Shown here one piece after another: positions 27,179 through 38,135 of a stretch of 54,398 nucleotides of DNA; position 1 is the first letter of the stretch, and every line of letters begins with the position of its first letter. The notes under the pieces are model-generated. The model searched no databases and had not been told where the DNA came from. It was given only the letters and a program-made list of their open reading frames with translations. The stretch comes from Lentisphaerota bacterium (GTDB lineage: Bacteria; Verrucomicrobiota; Lentisphaeria; Victivallales; GWF2-38-69): NCBI GenBank assembly GCA_037127655.1, contig JBAXXY010000003.1, positions 1 through 54,398 of the forward strand, written 5' to 3'. A program made the translations under genes and the position numbers.

Positions 27179-30100
27179 ATGCCTATCAACGAATACATAA
27201 AGCAAGTCAAGCAAAGTTTCGTTACAGGGATTTCAACAGAGCACAGCTACAGACCTGCTTTGAAGAACCTATTGGATGAACTTGTAAAAGGCATAATCGT
27301 TACGAACGAACCAAAACGCCAGAAGTGCGGCGCTCCCGATTATATAATCCAGAGAAAACAAGTTCCCATAGGCTATATCGAAGCAAAAGACATTGGAATA
27401 GATCTGGGCAAAACAGAAAAATCAGACCAAATGAGCCGATACCTGAAGAGCCTGGACAATCTGATACTGACTGATTATCTCGAATTCCGCTTTTACAGGT
27501 ACGGTCAAAAGGTCAAAGAGATAAAGATTGCTTCAATTGAAGAAGGCAAACTCAAAGTTCATCCTGAAAACTTCTCCTCATTCGAGACTTATATAAATGA
27601 CTTCTGTTCCTTTAAAGGACAGACTATCAAATCAGCTGAGAAGCTTGCAAAAATGATGGCGCAGAAAGCAAGAATGATGGAAGAAGTCCTCTTCAATGCA
27701 GTTAAGGAAGTTGATGAAAATAACTCTCTCAAAGACCAACTTGAAGCATTTAGACGCGTTCTTATCCATGACCTTGACGAGAAAACTTTTGCTGATATTT
27801 ATGCTCAGACAATCGCTTACGGACTTTTTGCCGCCAGACTTCATGATAAGACGCTTGATACATTCTCCAGACAGGAAGCCAGGGAACTGATTCCAAGGTC
27901 TAATCCTTTTCTACGGAGTCTTTTTGATTATGTTTCGGGCGCTGAACTCGATGACAGGGTAGTCTGGATTGTAGATGACCTCTCTGATATTTTCAGGGCG
28001 ACGGATTTGAAAGCGATTCTTTCAGATTTTGGAAAAGCTACTGAACAAACTGACCCATTCATCCACTTCTATGAAACTTTCCTTGCTGAATATGATCCGA
28101 AACTACGCAAGTCCAGAGGAGTTTATTACACTCCTGAGCCTGTCGTTAATTTCATCGTAAGAGCAGTTGATGACATTCTGAAATCCGACTTCAATCTTCC
28201 CTTAGGTCTAGCCGATACGAGCAAAATCAAGATTAAAAGAACAGTCGAAGGCACAGCCATAACCAAGGGCAAGGATAAAGGCAAAGATGTCATTGAAGAG
28301 GTAGAAGTTCATAAAGTGCAGATACTTGACCCTGCAACTGGAACAGGCACTTTCCTTGCTCAGGTAGTTAAGCAAATCTATGGCAAATTCAAAGGACAAC
28401 AAGGCATCTGGTCAAACTATGTGGACGAACACCTTATTCCGCGATTGAATGGTTTTGAAATACTCATGGCTTCCTATACTATCTGCCATCTGAAAATTGA
28501 AATGCTCCTCAGGGAAACAGGATACAAAGCAGTAGATGAAAACAAACAAAAACGACTCCGCGTATTTTTGACCAACAGCCTTGAAGAAGCCCATCCCGAT
28601 ACTGGAACTCTCTTTGCAAGCTGGCTATCACGCGAATCCACCGAAGCAAACTATGTAAAAAAAGAAACTCCCGTCATGGTTATTCTCGGCAATCCGCCAT
28701 ACTCGGTAAGCAGCAGCAACAAGAGCGAATGGATACAGAACCTGATTGCTGACTACAAGAAAGATTTGAATGAACGAAAAATAAACCTTGATGATGATTA
28801 CATTAAATTCATTCGATTTGGACAGCATTTCATAGATAAAAACGGAGAAGGAATTTTAGCTTTAATCTCTAATAACAGTTTTATTGACGGCATCACACAC
28901 CGACAAATGAGAAAACATCTTCTTGAGAGCTTCGACAAGATTTACATCCTTGATTTACACGGCAACTCTAAAAAGAAAGAAACTGCTCCCGACGGAACCA
29001 AAGACGAAAATGTCTTTGATATTCAACAAGGCGTATCAATAAATATTTTTGTTAAAAGCAAGAATGGGAAAATGGGAATCAACCATTTTGACTTATACGG
29101 AAAAAGAGAGGTAAAATATAGATATTTAAATGACAATAGATTGAGTAATATTAAGTGGAGTATGGTTAAAGAAGACAATGATAATTGTTTTTTTACTTCA
29201 AAAGATTTACTGACTGGTAATTCATATCTCAAATATATTAGCCTATCAGAGCTACTACCTTTAAACAATTCAGGAATTCAAACCAAATGTGACAGTATTT
29301 CTATAAATCAGTCAATTGAAAAACTGCAAAATACAGTCGCACTCTTCCAAACAGAGCCTATAGAAAAATTAAAATCTCTTTTTGCCCGAGAAGAAAGTAG
29401 TGGATGGAATTTTGCCAAAGCAAAAGATGATTTAATTAAAAACACTTCTTTTGTCTACGCAAAATATAACTATCGCCCTTTTGACTTTAGAAACATAGTT
29501 TATACTGGTTCTTCATCTGGCTTTCTAGGACGGTCTCGAAGTGTTGTAATGAAACATTTCATTAAAAGAGATAATATCGGGTTATGCCTTATGAGGCAAT
29601 TTTTTCAAGATGCACCATACAGTCATATTTATGCAACTAACAGTTTGATTGACGAAAGAACAATGTATAGCAATAGAGGTGGTACTTACCTATTTCCTCT
29701 TTATCTCTATCCAGACGAAGGTTCATTTGATACCTCAAGAAAGCCGAATCTGAATTTGGATATTGTTAAGCAGATAGCTGACAAACTCGGTATGACTTTT
29801 ACTGCGGAAAAAACGATGGAGGGACTCGCTTCGTCGAGTCCGTTAAAAGTGGTTTTGACGAAGCAAAACCCTCCAGCGAGTACGCCAATACCCACCTTCT
29901 CTCCGATTGATATACTCGATTACATTTATGCCGTACTACACAGTCCAAGTTACAGAGAGAAGTACAAAGAGTTTCTGAAGATAGACTTTCCGAGAGTGCC
30001 GTATCCTGAAGATGCCAAAACATTCTGGAAACTTGTTAAACTTGGCGGCGAACTCAGGCAGATTCATCTTCTGGAAAGCCCTGTAGTCGAGAATTTTATT

Positions 30101-30367
30101 ACAAGCTATCCTATTAGTGGAGATAATAAAGTCGGCAAAGTCAGATACGAAAACTCCAGAGTTTATATCAATGAAACCCAATACTTTGACAATGTTCCAG
30201 AAGTAGCGTGGAGTTTTTATATCGGCGGTTACCAGCCTGCCCAGAAATGGTTAAAAGACCGCAAAGAAAGGGTATTAAACTTTGATGACATTCTACATTA
30301 CCAGAAAATCATCGTAGCACTAACCGAAACCGCCCGCATAATGAAAGAGATAGATGAAGTTAAATAG
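27179..30367 (+). CDS. Fused restriction endonuclease/N6-adenine methyltransferase (Type IIG-like, with Type ISP-like C-terminal specificity region, no helicase)
   Basis: PDY...YIEAK nuclease, GVYYTP, DPATGTGTF, GNPPY, YRPFD, FPRVP, IGGYQPAQKWLKDRK. Confidence 0.88.
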   Translation: MPINEYIKQVKQSFVTGISTEHSYRPALKNLLDELVKGIIVTNEPKRQKCGAPDYIIQRKQVPIGYIEAKDIGIDLGKTEKSDQMSRYLKSLDNLILTDYLEFRFYRYGQKVKEIKIASIEEGKLKVHPENFSSFETYINDFCSFKGQTIKSAEKLAKMMAQKARMMEEVLFNAVKEVDENNSLKDQLEAFRRVLIHDLDEKTFADIYAQTIAYGLFAARLHDKTLDTFSRQEARELIPRSNPFLRSLFDYVSGAELDDRVVWIVDDLSDIFRATDLKAILSDFGKATEQTDPFIHFYETFLAEYDPKLRKSRGVYYTPEPVVNFIVRAVDDILKSDFNLPLGLADTSKIKIKRTVEGTAITKGKDKGKDVIEEVEVHKVQILDPATGTGTFLAQVVKQIYGKFKGQQGIWSNYVDEHLIPRLNGFEILMASYTICHLKIEMLLRETGYKAVDENKQKRLRVFLTNSLEEAHPDTGTLFASWLSRESTEANYVKKETPVMVILGNPPYSVSSSNKSEWIQNLIADYKKDLNERKINLDDDYIKFIRFGQHFIDKNGEGILALISNNSFIDGITHRQMRKHLLESFDKIYILDLHGNSKKKETAPDGTKDENVFDIQQGVSINIFVKSKNGKMGINHFDLYGKREVKYRYLNDNRLSNIKWSMVKEDNDNCFFTSKDLLTGNSYLKYISLSELLPLNNSGIQTKCDSISINQSIEKLQNTVALFQTEPIEKLKSLFAREESSGWNFAKAKDDLIKNTSFVYAKYNYRPFDFRNIVYTGSSSGFLGRSRSVVMKHFIKRDNIGLCLMRQFFQDAPYSHIYATNSLIDERTMYSNRGGTYLFPLYLYPDEGSFDTSRKPNLNLDIVKQIADKLGMTFTAEKTMEGLASSSPLKVVLTKQNPPASTPIPTFSPIDILDYIYAVLHSPSYREKYKEFLKIDFPRVPYPEDAKTFWKLVKLGGELRQIHLLESPVVENFITSYPISGDNKVGKVRYENSRVYINETQYFDNVPEVAWSFYIGGYQPAQKWLKDRKERVLNFDDILHYQKIIVALTETARIMKEIDEVK
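29817..29875. repeat. Inverted REP doublet (GGAG foot) lying within the R-M coding frame
   Basis: TGGAG-GGACTCG-CTTCGT-CGAGTCC and, inverted, TGGAG-GGTTTTG-CTTCGT-CAAAACC. Confidence 0.75.
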
Positions 30368-30398
30368 ACCAATTACGAATTAAAAAGAAGGGGAAATC

Positions 30399-31757
30399 AT
30401 GGGGCATACGGAAGATGAAAACAATCACGATTTAATCTACAAGCTTAACGACAATCCACCGCTTCTGGAAAAGGTGTTTGCGGCGTTTCAGCATATTTGC
30501 GCAATACTCATTCCCATAATGGTGCCCGGGTATATCGTGGCAAACGCTATCGGGTGCGACTTCAAAACGACATCGGCAATAGTCTCAACATGTCTGATTA
30601 TTTCAGGTTTGGGGACATTCCTCCAAGCCAAGAAAGTTGGGCCGATAGGTTCTGGACTTTTAAGCATACAGGGGACGAGTTTTGGTTTCGTAGGAATACT
30701 GATAATAACTGGTAAAATCGGAGGTTTGCCGCTCATTTTCGGGACTTGCATGATTGGAGTGATAATACAGTTTGTGGTAGCTTATTTTCTGCCTAAAGTA
30801 AAAAATATTTTCCCGCCTGTCGTAAGCGGGACTGTAGTCTTTCTGATAGGAGCGACTCTTATTCATGTGGCAATTGATGCTATGGCAGGAGGGCAGGCGG
30901 CAAAAACAGCAGGCAATTACGCTTCTTCAAAGTTTATACTTCTAGGTGTATTGGTAATTATTTTAATAGTAATCTTTCAGAGTTCCAGAAAAAAGATTTT
31001 GAGGATAGGCTGTATTTTATTTGCTACAGTGATTGGATTCATTGTAGCAATACCTCTTGGCATGGTGGATTTCTCAGGCTTAAGCCAGTCCAGGATGATT
31101 TATACGCCAAGTCTGTTTGGTTATGGAATCAAGTTTGGATGGGCGACTTTGTTGCCTATGCTGATTATTTTCTTCGTTACTGCTATTGAGGCCATCGGAG
31201 ATATTACTGCTACAGCATCTGTTTCAGGAGAACCAATTGATGGCAAAGTTCACATGAAGAGACTTTCTGGAGGAGTCCTGACTGACGGCATATCTTCTTT
31301 AATTGGTTCGATCCTTGGCGGTTTTCCTCTCTCGTGTTTCGCCCAGAATAACGGTATTATCCAGATAACTGGCGTGGCGAGCAGATATGTAGGGTTCTTT
31401 ATAGCCGGATTTCTTGTTATAGCTGGGTTCTTCCCGATTGTATCAAGTATATTCCAGATAATCCCGCAGAGTGTTCTTGGTGGTGGAATGCTGATTATGT
31501 TCGGTACTATCATGGCCGCTGGAATTAGAATACTTGGCATGGAAAAGCTCAGCAGAAGGTCTTTGATAATCGTATCTGTAGCAATAGCAGCTGGTATGAC
31601 TGTCGAGAACCATGCTATTCTTGAGAGTTTTCCTGATATAATTAGATATTCATTTTCTTCAGGAATAGGGACAGGCGGGCTTATCGCGATACTTCTGAAC
31701 CTTATTCTGCCGAAGGACAAGGAAAAGTTAAAACCTCATACAGTACAGGAAAGTTAA
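30399..31757 (+). CDS. NCS2 family xanthine/uracil permease
   Basis: QH in TM1, IGSGLLSIQGTSF, FPPVVSG, EAIGD, FAQNNGII-TGVASR signature. Confidence 0.92.
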   Translation: MGHTEDENNHDLIYKLNDNPPLLEKVFAAFQHICAILIPIMVPGYIVANAIGCDFKTTSAIVSTCLIISGLGTFLQAKKVGPIGSGLLSIQGTSFGFVGILIITGKIGGLPLIFGTCMIGVIIQFVVAYFLPKVKNIFPPVVSGTVVFLIGATLIHVAIDAMAGGQAAKTAGNYASSKFILLGVLVIILIVIFQSSRKKILRIGCILFATVIGFIVAIPLGMVDFSGLSQSRMIYTPSLFGYGIKFGWATLLPMLIIFFVTAIEAIGDITATASVSGEPIDGKVHMKRLSGGVLTDGISSLIGSILGGFPLSCFAQNNGIIQITGVASRYVGFFIAGFLVIAGFFPIVSSIFQIIPQSVLGGGMLIMFGTIMAAGIRILGMEKLSRRSLIIVSVAIAAGMTVENHAILESFPDIIRYSFSSGIGTGGLIAILLNLILPKDKEKLKPHTVQES

Positions 31758-31889
31758 GAATCAATAGATCTTGAGAATGATTATTGGAGCTTTTTTTATT
31801 TTGCACAGTCCTTATAATGTTTATCAAATGCTGTGAGACGGCGTAATCTTAAAAAATAACAAGTTAAACCTAAAAATTATAATTGTCCT

Positions 31890-34211
31890 ATGAAAAAATT
31901 CCTTTTTGCTTTAGCTGCTCTTCTCTTTCTTTCATTAATTCCCTGCATCCACGCCGATAAAACCGACGAAAAAGATGTCGAACTCGAAAATTGGAAGCAG
32001 GTTATCAATGTAAAAGGGAAAGAAATAGCTCACTTTAAGGAACTTTCCAATATCATTTGTGCCACAATGGATGAGAAGCTTAAAGCTTTAACCAAATCGA
32101 AAGACGAAACAGATTTAAAACTGGATCAATTAAGATTTGACTTGATAACGGGCAGTACCAGTCCTTATGATTACCGACAGGTGCTTCGTGAGATTTGTTA
32201 TGTAGCCTATGATTTCCAATCTCTATTAAGCTCCGACAGCGATGATGTAGCTATTCTCAGTAACTATCTGGATATGATTACTGAAGCAAAAGAATCTGTT
32301 AAAGATTTGATGGAGGCGAAAAACATTTCGCCGGAAGTGATAGCTTCTCTTGATAAGATGGATAGCGATATGTCAGAAATTCATGCCAAGTTCTTATATT
32401 ATCGCGATGCAATGAAAGCAGGCATATCCCAGACATCTACTTATGCCGGAGTATCTTTCGACCATCCTGATAAATTCAATGAAGTAGTATTTGCCCAGTT
32501 GAAGACCTTTTATCTCAATCCAAGCAGCTATTTCTTTTCGAAATCTGCATGGATGATGTCAAAATATCTGCGTCAAGACTGGTTCAATAACTTACGCATT
32601 AAAATAAAGCAGAACTTTCCGGACAACCAAAATGAATTTACTGTTCTAAGTATTTGTCTGGTCGGAGGAATAATAGTTTTTCTGATTTTTAATCTGCTGA
32701 TCAATAAACGCTCAAAGCTGGACAAGAAGAAGCTAAAACCGTTTAAAGAGAGTTTGTTATGGTTTATCATGGCATTGGTTTTTATAGTTTATAATTACAG
32801 CGTTGCTTTCATGCCTAAGAATTCTATCGTACTAGCTCTTGCCATTCTCTTTCTGATTAGATCTGTAATGTTTTTAGGTTGGGGGTTAAGGGTTAGAAAA
32901 CATGATGAGTTAGATTCATTTGCTACTCCGTTTGCCCCGCTTTTCTGGCTCTATGTCTATGGAGTGGTTTTACAGTTCACTGATCAATATATGGTTGTTC
33001 TTTCCGCTCTATGGATATTGGGTCTTCTTGTATTTTCCTTTTTTACTCACAGACACTTGAGAAAAATTTTTCTTAGTTTCGAGAAAATCTTACTTTCGAT
33101 TTCGATGGTATTAGGAGTGATTTGCATATTTCTGGTATTAGTCGGAATGGTTTATACATCCATTATAATAATGATGGGATGGTTCCTGATTTGTCTTGGG
33201 ATTCAGCTTGCCAGACACATCAATTACTCCTTTAACGGCATAGTGCAGTATATAGAGGGTAACTATGTGGTGCTGAAAATTCTGCTGATTGGTTTGAGCG
33301 TCCCTATATTATGGTTATTTATAATACTGATGATCTTTATGTGGGGGATTGGTCAGATTTTCGGCACTTATTTCTTTGTGACCTTTATAAATACAAATTT
33401 AAATTTATATGGATACACTTTAAACTTCGGCAATATTGCTTTCGCGGTTTACCTATTCTTCGTATTTAAAACTATTTCTAATGTTGTAAAACTTACTATC
33501 AAAAGACTTTCTGAGTCCTCAAAAATAGAGTCAGGAGCTGCTCCATCAATTACTATACTTGTTACTTATGCCCTATGGACTGTCTGCATAATAGTCATGC
33601 TTAAGCTTATAGGTGTAAGCATGACCAGCTTTGCTGTAATTTCAGGAGGACTCAGCGTGGGCATAGGCTTCGGTTTGCGCGACATTCTCAATAATTTCGT
33701 TTCAGGGATTATAATACTTGGAAGTCACTCAATCAGGCACGGGGATATTATTGAAGTAGGAGGAATCACAGGAAAAGTCATCGAAATTACCATTAGGTCA
33801 ACGGTCGTTAAAACTGGGGATAACGCCATTGTCTGCATCCCTAATTCGACAATAATTTCCGACAAACTCATCAATTGGACCAATCAGGATCTTATTGTCA
33901 GAAAAGGTATCAGCGTAGGTGTGGCTTATGGTTCTGATATTGACAAAGTTAAAGCTATTCTGATCAGAATAGCCAATGAGGCCGAATATGTTCTTTCTAA
34001 ACCTGCTCCAAGTGTTTCCTTTGATAACTTTGGTGATAATTCTATTGCGCTTACATTAGTGGTTTGGATTTCTGACATTGCCTTTGCCGGAAGCGCTTTG
34101 AGTACCATGAGAGAAAGAATATACTCTGACTTTATAAAGAACTCTATAGAAATGCCATTCCCTCAGATGGATGTACACATGATCGCTCCTCCGGAACCAA
34201 AAAAAGTTTAA
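31890..34211 (+). CDS. Large MscS-family mechanosensitive channel (MscK-like)
   Basis: Signal peptide, periplasmic helical region, TM bundle, GGLSVGIGFGLRDILNNFVSG, IPNS, GVAYGSD, PFPQMDVH. Confidence 0.9.
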   Translation: MKKFLFALAALLFLSLIPCIHADKTDEKDVELENWKQVINVKGKEIAHFKELSNIICATMDEKLKALTKSKDETDLKLDQLRFDLITGSTSPYDYRQVLREICYVAYDFQSLLSSDSDDVAILSNYLDMITEAKESVKDLMEAKNISPEVIASLDKMDSDMSEIHAKFLYYRDAMKAGISQTSTYAGVSFDHPDKFNEVVFAQLKTFYLNPSSYFFSKSAWMMSKYLRQDWFNNLRIKIKQNFPDNQNEFTVLSICLVGGIIVFLIFNLLINKRSKLDKKKLKPFKESLLWFIMALVFIVYNYSVAFMPKNSIVLALAILFLIRSVMFLGWGLRVRKHDELDSFATPFAPLFWLYVYGVVLQFTDQYMVVLSALWILGLLVFSFFTHRHLRKIFLSFEKILLSISMVLGVICIFLVLVGMVYTSIIIMMGWFLICLGIQLARHINYSFNGIVQYIEGNYVVLKILLIGLSVPILWLFIILMIFMWGIGQIFGTYFFVTFINTNLNLYGYTLNFGNIAFAVYLFFVFKTISNVVKLTIKRLSESSKIESGAAPSITILVTYALWTVCIIVMLKLIGVSMTSFAVISGGLSVGIGFGLRDILNNFVSGIIILGSHSIRHGDIIEVGGITGKVIEITIRSTVVKTGDNAIVCIPNSTIISDKLINWTNQDLIVRKGISVGVAYGSDIDKVKAILIRIANEAEYVLSKPAPSVSFDNFGDNSIALTLVVWISDIAFAGSALSTMRERIYSDFIKNSIEMPFPQMDVHMIAPPEPKKV

Positions 34212-34289
34212 TGGAATAGTTGGGTACTGATTAATTTATCGAAATAGTGCTTAGCGTGTAATCATTTGAAGTTCTTGGTTGGTAATATT

Positions 34290-36542
34290 TTACCAGTAGA
34301 AAGGCTTAAAGTGCTTAACAGGCTCAGTAAAGACCCTGAAATCCATTACTGATAGGACATTGGAATAACCATCTGTCCAGGGCCTTATCTTCCTTATCTG
34401 AAACTTCTTATTCTCCTCTTTCCATTGAAGTTTCTGGACGAGTTTGTCTTTGGAGTTTACATCCCATGTGAGCGCGACCCATTGAGAGGCAAGACTGACG
34501 CGGTCTTTTACTGTTTTATTAGAAGTAAGAACTGCGTAGGCATTTAGCATTTTGGCATTACTGAATAAAATTGGTTCAAGATCAAAATACCTATTGCTTA
34601 CATGGAATAAAATTACTCCTTTCGGCGTCAAGTGCTTCCTATATTCTTTGATTGCCTCGACTGTCAGAAGGTGAATTGGCACAGAATCGCCGCTAAAAGC
34701 ATCAACTATTATAAGGTCATATCTATCTAATGGTATAGTTCTCAAGGAAACACGCGCATCTCCAAAGATGTGGTTGATTTTGGCGGGAGAGTTCTTTAGG
34801 AAAGTAAAATAAGAATCAGCAATATTATATACATCGCGGTCAAGTTCAAAAAAATCCATTTCCTGGCCTTCTTTGCCATAGGCCGCCAGTGTCCCAGTAC
34901 CTAATCCTATTACACCTATAGCTTTTGCATTGAATAAATTGCTATTAAAGAATTTTCCGATCGTAGTATCTTTATGGTAGTACGAGAGGGGTTCATTTGC
35001 TTTTTTCTTGTCTAAGTATTGGACGCCATGAAGCGTCGTGCCGTTGAGCAGAACCAGCATATTCTCTGTTTTATAAAGTCTATAAATGCCGTAAAAATTT
35101 CTTGAGCTATATACACTGTCGCCCTCAGACGGCATCCAGTACTTCAAAGGAAACAACGATATTACTAATACTGTTAATAAGCATGCGCACAGCATCCTGG
35201 CTGCTTTAAGGTTCGCAAAAATCCATCTAAAAATAACAGCAATGATAATAATCCCGAAGACATTGTAATGTTCGAAGTACAGAGGCCATATGACAAGAAG
35301 TAATGCTGTATAGACAATTAAACGGTACTGCAAAAATTTATTCTCAGGGTTCTTTTCCTTCCTTGCCATTGCCAGAGTAACCATAAAAAGCCCGAAAAGA
35401 AATTCTGAAGTATTTACAAAAACTAATGGCGCAAGCCATGTCACGAGCATGCTTCCGACAACTCCTCCAAATGAAATTATGAGGTAAAAAGAAGTTAGTC
35501 TTGACTTCTCTTCCGGCCTTGATGTGAAAAGTTGATACTGGCAATACATGCACAGGACAAACAAAATCAGGCCATAGGCGGCTATTTCAATCAGACGAGG
35601 GAAAATCCTCATTTGTGTTAAAAAGAATAGGAGAATCGCAAATCCAAGATGCAGATTGAGATAATTCTTTATCCAGTCAGGGCAAAAGGCTTTTTCCTTA
35701 AAAGTAAATACAAAAGAAAGCAAATAGATGCATAGAGGCATGATCCAGAGAAGTGGGCACGGCGCAATTTCATAGGTGATGATATTGGTAACTGAAAGAA
35801 ATATTACCGACCCTGCAGCTGATAATAAAAACCAGAATATTCCCTGATATGCCTTATTGCTGAATGCTAGGCGACTGGAAGTAATATTTATTTCAAAAGT
35901 TGAATCGTGGCGAGCTTCAAGGTTTCTATTTATCTTGATTAGAAGGAAAGCCGACAGGTAGAACAATAGGAATACTAGATAAGCTGATCTCCAGATAAAA
36001 AGCTGTTCCCTTAGGTCAAAGAGCCATTCAAAAATAAAAGGATAGGTAATCAAAGCGAGAAATGAGCCGGCATTAGAGACGCTGTATAATACGAATGGGT
36101 TGGTTTGCTGAGGAAGGTCGCTGAAAGAAAGCCAGCTTTGAGTAATGACGCTGATTGTAGATAATGCAAAAAAAACTACTCCGATGCTGATGAATAATTG
36201 AAGGAAGATGTCGAAAACTATAGAAATATTATTATTCGCAATAAATTCTGGCAGAGCTCTTCCGGGAAAAAACAGCAAGGGCAAGGCAATCAATATTAAA
36301 TGCAGATATCTGTATTTGAATAAACCTATATTCTTTACGACAATATGAGAGTAAAAGTAACCCAGGAGCAGGACGCATTGGAAGAAAACTACGCAGGAAC
36401 CCCAGACGAGATAACTACCCCCGAATTTGGGTAGGAATATCTTTGATATTATGAGTTCAATCTGAAAAAGCAGAAATGCCGCCAGAAAGGTAACAAGATA
36501 AAATAGATGAACTCTTTTAAACTCAAAACTAAAAGAAAACAT
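34290..36542 (-). CDS. Fused multi-TM / spermidine synthase-like SAM-binding protein
   Basis: LPKFGGSYLVW TM domain; RNFYG, GTTLHG, IGLGTGTLA, GDAR, VDAFSGDSVPIHLLT, WTD. Confidence 0.88.
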   Translation of the reverse strand: MFSFSFEFKRVHLFYLVTFLAAFLLFQIELIISKIFLPKFGGSYLVWGSCVVFFQCVLLLGYFYSHIVVKNIGLFKYRYLHLILIALPLLFFPGRALPEFIANNNISIVFDIFLQLFISIGVVFFALSTISVITQSWLSFSDLPQQTNPFVLYSVSNAGSFLALITYPFIFEWLFDLREQLFIWRSAYLVFLLFYLSAFLLIKINRNLEARHDSTFEINITSSRLAFSNKAYQGIFWFLLSAAGSVIFLSVTNIITYEIAPCPLLWIMPLCIYLLSFVFTFKEKAFCPDWIKNYLNLHLGFAILLFFLTQMRIFPRLIEIAAYGLILFVLCMYCQYQLFTSRPEEKSRLTSFYLIISFGGVVGSMLVTWLAPLVFVNTSEFLFGLFMVTLAMARKEKNPENKFLQYRLIVYTALLLVIWPLYFEHYNVFGIIIIAVIFRWIFANLKAARMLCACLLTVLVISLFPLKYWMPSEGDSVYSSRNFYGIYRLYKTENMLVLLNGTTLHGVQYLDKKKANEPLSYYHKDTTIGKFFNSNLFNAKAIGVIGLGTGTLAAYGKEGQEMDFFELDRDVYNIADSYFTFLKNSPAKINHIFGDARVSLRTIPLDRYDLIIVDAFSGDSVPIHLLTVEAIKEYRKHLTPKGVILFHVSNRYFDLEPILFSNAKMLNAYAVLTSNKTVKDRVSLASQWVALTWDVNSKDKLVQKLQWKEENKKFQIRKIRPWTDGYSNVLSVMDFRVFTEPVKHFKPFYW

Positions 36543-36619
36543 ATTACTTAATGATGGTTATTGCTTGGTTACTCTATTTGGTATATTCAAGTTTAAAAGT
36601 TACAGGCGTTTCGATGTGT

Positions 36620-37321
36620 TTAGTTCAGCGTTTTGGCGCAATCGTACCAAGTCGGGAAATACTGAGTCTGAGTGCCGCTGGCGTTAACAGCCGACCAGCC
36701 TTTGCCTTTTGTAAATGAAATTCTAGTGTCTCCTCCGCCTTGAGTTTTTACTATTACGAAAATAATGCCTTTGGAATCCTGTAATGGTCCTTTGACCAGT
36801 TTATATGTCGGCCTTTTGTCGTCTTCTTTATCTTTCTTCGGATTAGTTATATCAGAAGTTGTTTTGGCAAGATGAGATATTTGTTGTTTTGAAAATGATT
36901 CATTTTTATCTTTGAGTTTGGCTTCCGTTTTCTGCTTTAAATCCAATGTCATTTTATAGAAATCGCCGATATTGTAATCGGAAATTTTGCCTTGTTTTGC
37001 ACCGGAAGACAAAGCGCGTTGGCACCAGATAAGAGTTTGCCTGTCATCACCTTTTGAAGCTGATTTAGATGCCTCATTATAGCATGAAAGAGTAATGAGT
37101 TCCTGAGCTTTTTCTCTCCATTTCTGGGAGTTGGACGAACTGAGTTTATTGGCAAGAGATAACATTTCAGAAGAATAGAGATAAACTTCTGCGGTGCTCT
37201 TTGGTGAAGCGTTGAAGGCATCAACAATTTTACTATCCAGTTCGTCAAAACTCGATGACTCGCCAAAAAGCGAAAGCGAGGCGCAGATTAAAAGTGCGGT
37301 GAGAACTTTACGGTACGACAT
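36620..37321 (-). CDS. Exported hypothetical protein (last gene of fibre locus)
   Basis: Signal peptide; helical N-region and small beta C-domain; overlaps upstream gene by 14 nt. Confidence 0.7.
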   Translation of the reverse strand: MSYRKVLTALLICASLSLFGESSSFDELDSKIVDAFNASPKSTAEVYLYSSEMLSLANKLSSSNSQKWREKAQELITLSCYNEASKSASKGDDRQTLIWCQRALSSGAKQGKISDYNIGDFYKMTLDLKQKTEAKLKDKNESFSKQQISHLAKTTSDITNPKKDKEDDKRPTYKLVKGPLQDSKGIIFVIVKTQGGGDTRISFTKGKGWSAVNASGTQTQYFPTWYDCAKTLN

Positions 37322-38135
37322 CGATATTGCCTATAATTGGCTCGGCTTTATTGATTTGCTTGCTTTCAGGCTGTTCAGCTGGCTGAGGTTTTCCTTCAAT
37401 TCTCTGAGCAGCTTGACCTTCGGCTTCGAGATATTCTCTATCGAAGTCAACTACTTTTTCTCCTAGCATATCTGATAGGTCTTTCATATTAATGCGAAGT
37501 TTCACTACAGCTATTGCGTCATCGCCTTCGCCTTCCCAGCTGAAACCCATAAATTCAGCGCCCATCAAAGCTCCAATAACGGAGGTTTTGACCTGGTCAG
37601 ACTTAAGCATAAAATTCTCTACGCTCGTATGGCTTTCTAGTGTGAACCCGCCTATTTTTTTATAAAGATTCTTGTAGGCGTCAATTTCTGCTGCTCTCAG
37701 AGCAGCTATTTTTGGAGCATTAGCCGGAGTCGAAGTAGCAAATGCAGTTCTATGAATGACTTTGTCGGGGTATTTCTCGAGATTGAATTTAGCGCTGTCA
37801 ACAAGGTCAGCTATTCTCGATAGTTTTAGAGATGCAGTAACCATCGCTATATCTTTATCCGGGTCATACTTAATTTCATCAAATTCTATTCCGACAATTT
37901 TTCTCTTTCCTGTTTTAGTTTCTGTTGTACCCTGGAAAGTGCCGTCTATGAAATTATCCACCTGTTCATTGTACTTGAGTTTGATGCCGTAAACAGTTTC
38001 TACAATATTTCGTTCAGCCAAAATCTTTGCCGAATTGATTGAATTAAGCTTCTTTCTGGGATCAACTTTAGAGGCTGAAAACATTATTGCGGGGATGATG
38101 GCAAGCGCCACAGCGAACAAAAGTTTGGTTTTCAT
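37308..38135 (-). CDS. Exported protein with two LPP20/FlgP-like domains
   Basis: SAKILAERNIVETVYGIKL and ALRAAEIDAYKNLYKKIGGFTLESHTSVENFMLKSDQVKTSVIGALMGA. Confidence 0.7.
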   Translation of the reverse strand: MKTKLLFAVALAIIPAIMFSASKVDPRKKLNSINSAKILAERNIVETVYGIKLKYNEQVDNFIDGTFQGTTETKTGKRKIVGIEFDEIKYDPDKDIAMVTASLKLSRIADLVDSAKFNLEKYPDKVIHRTAFATSTPANAPKIAALRAAEIDAYKNLYKKIGGFTLESHTSVENFMLKSDQVKTSVIGALMGAEFMGFSWEGEGDDAIAVVKLRINMKDLSDMLGEKVVDFDREYLEAEGQAAQRIEGKPQPAEQPESKQINKAEPIIGNIDVVP

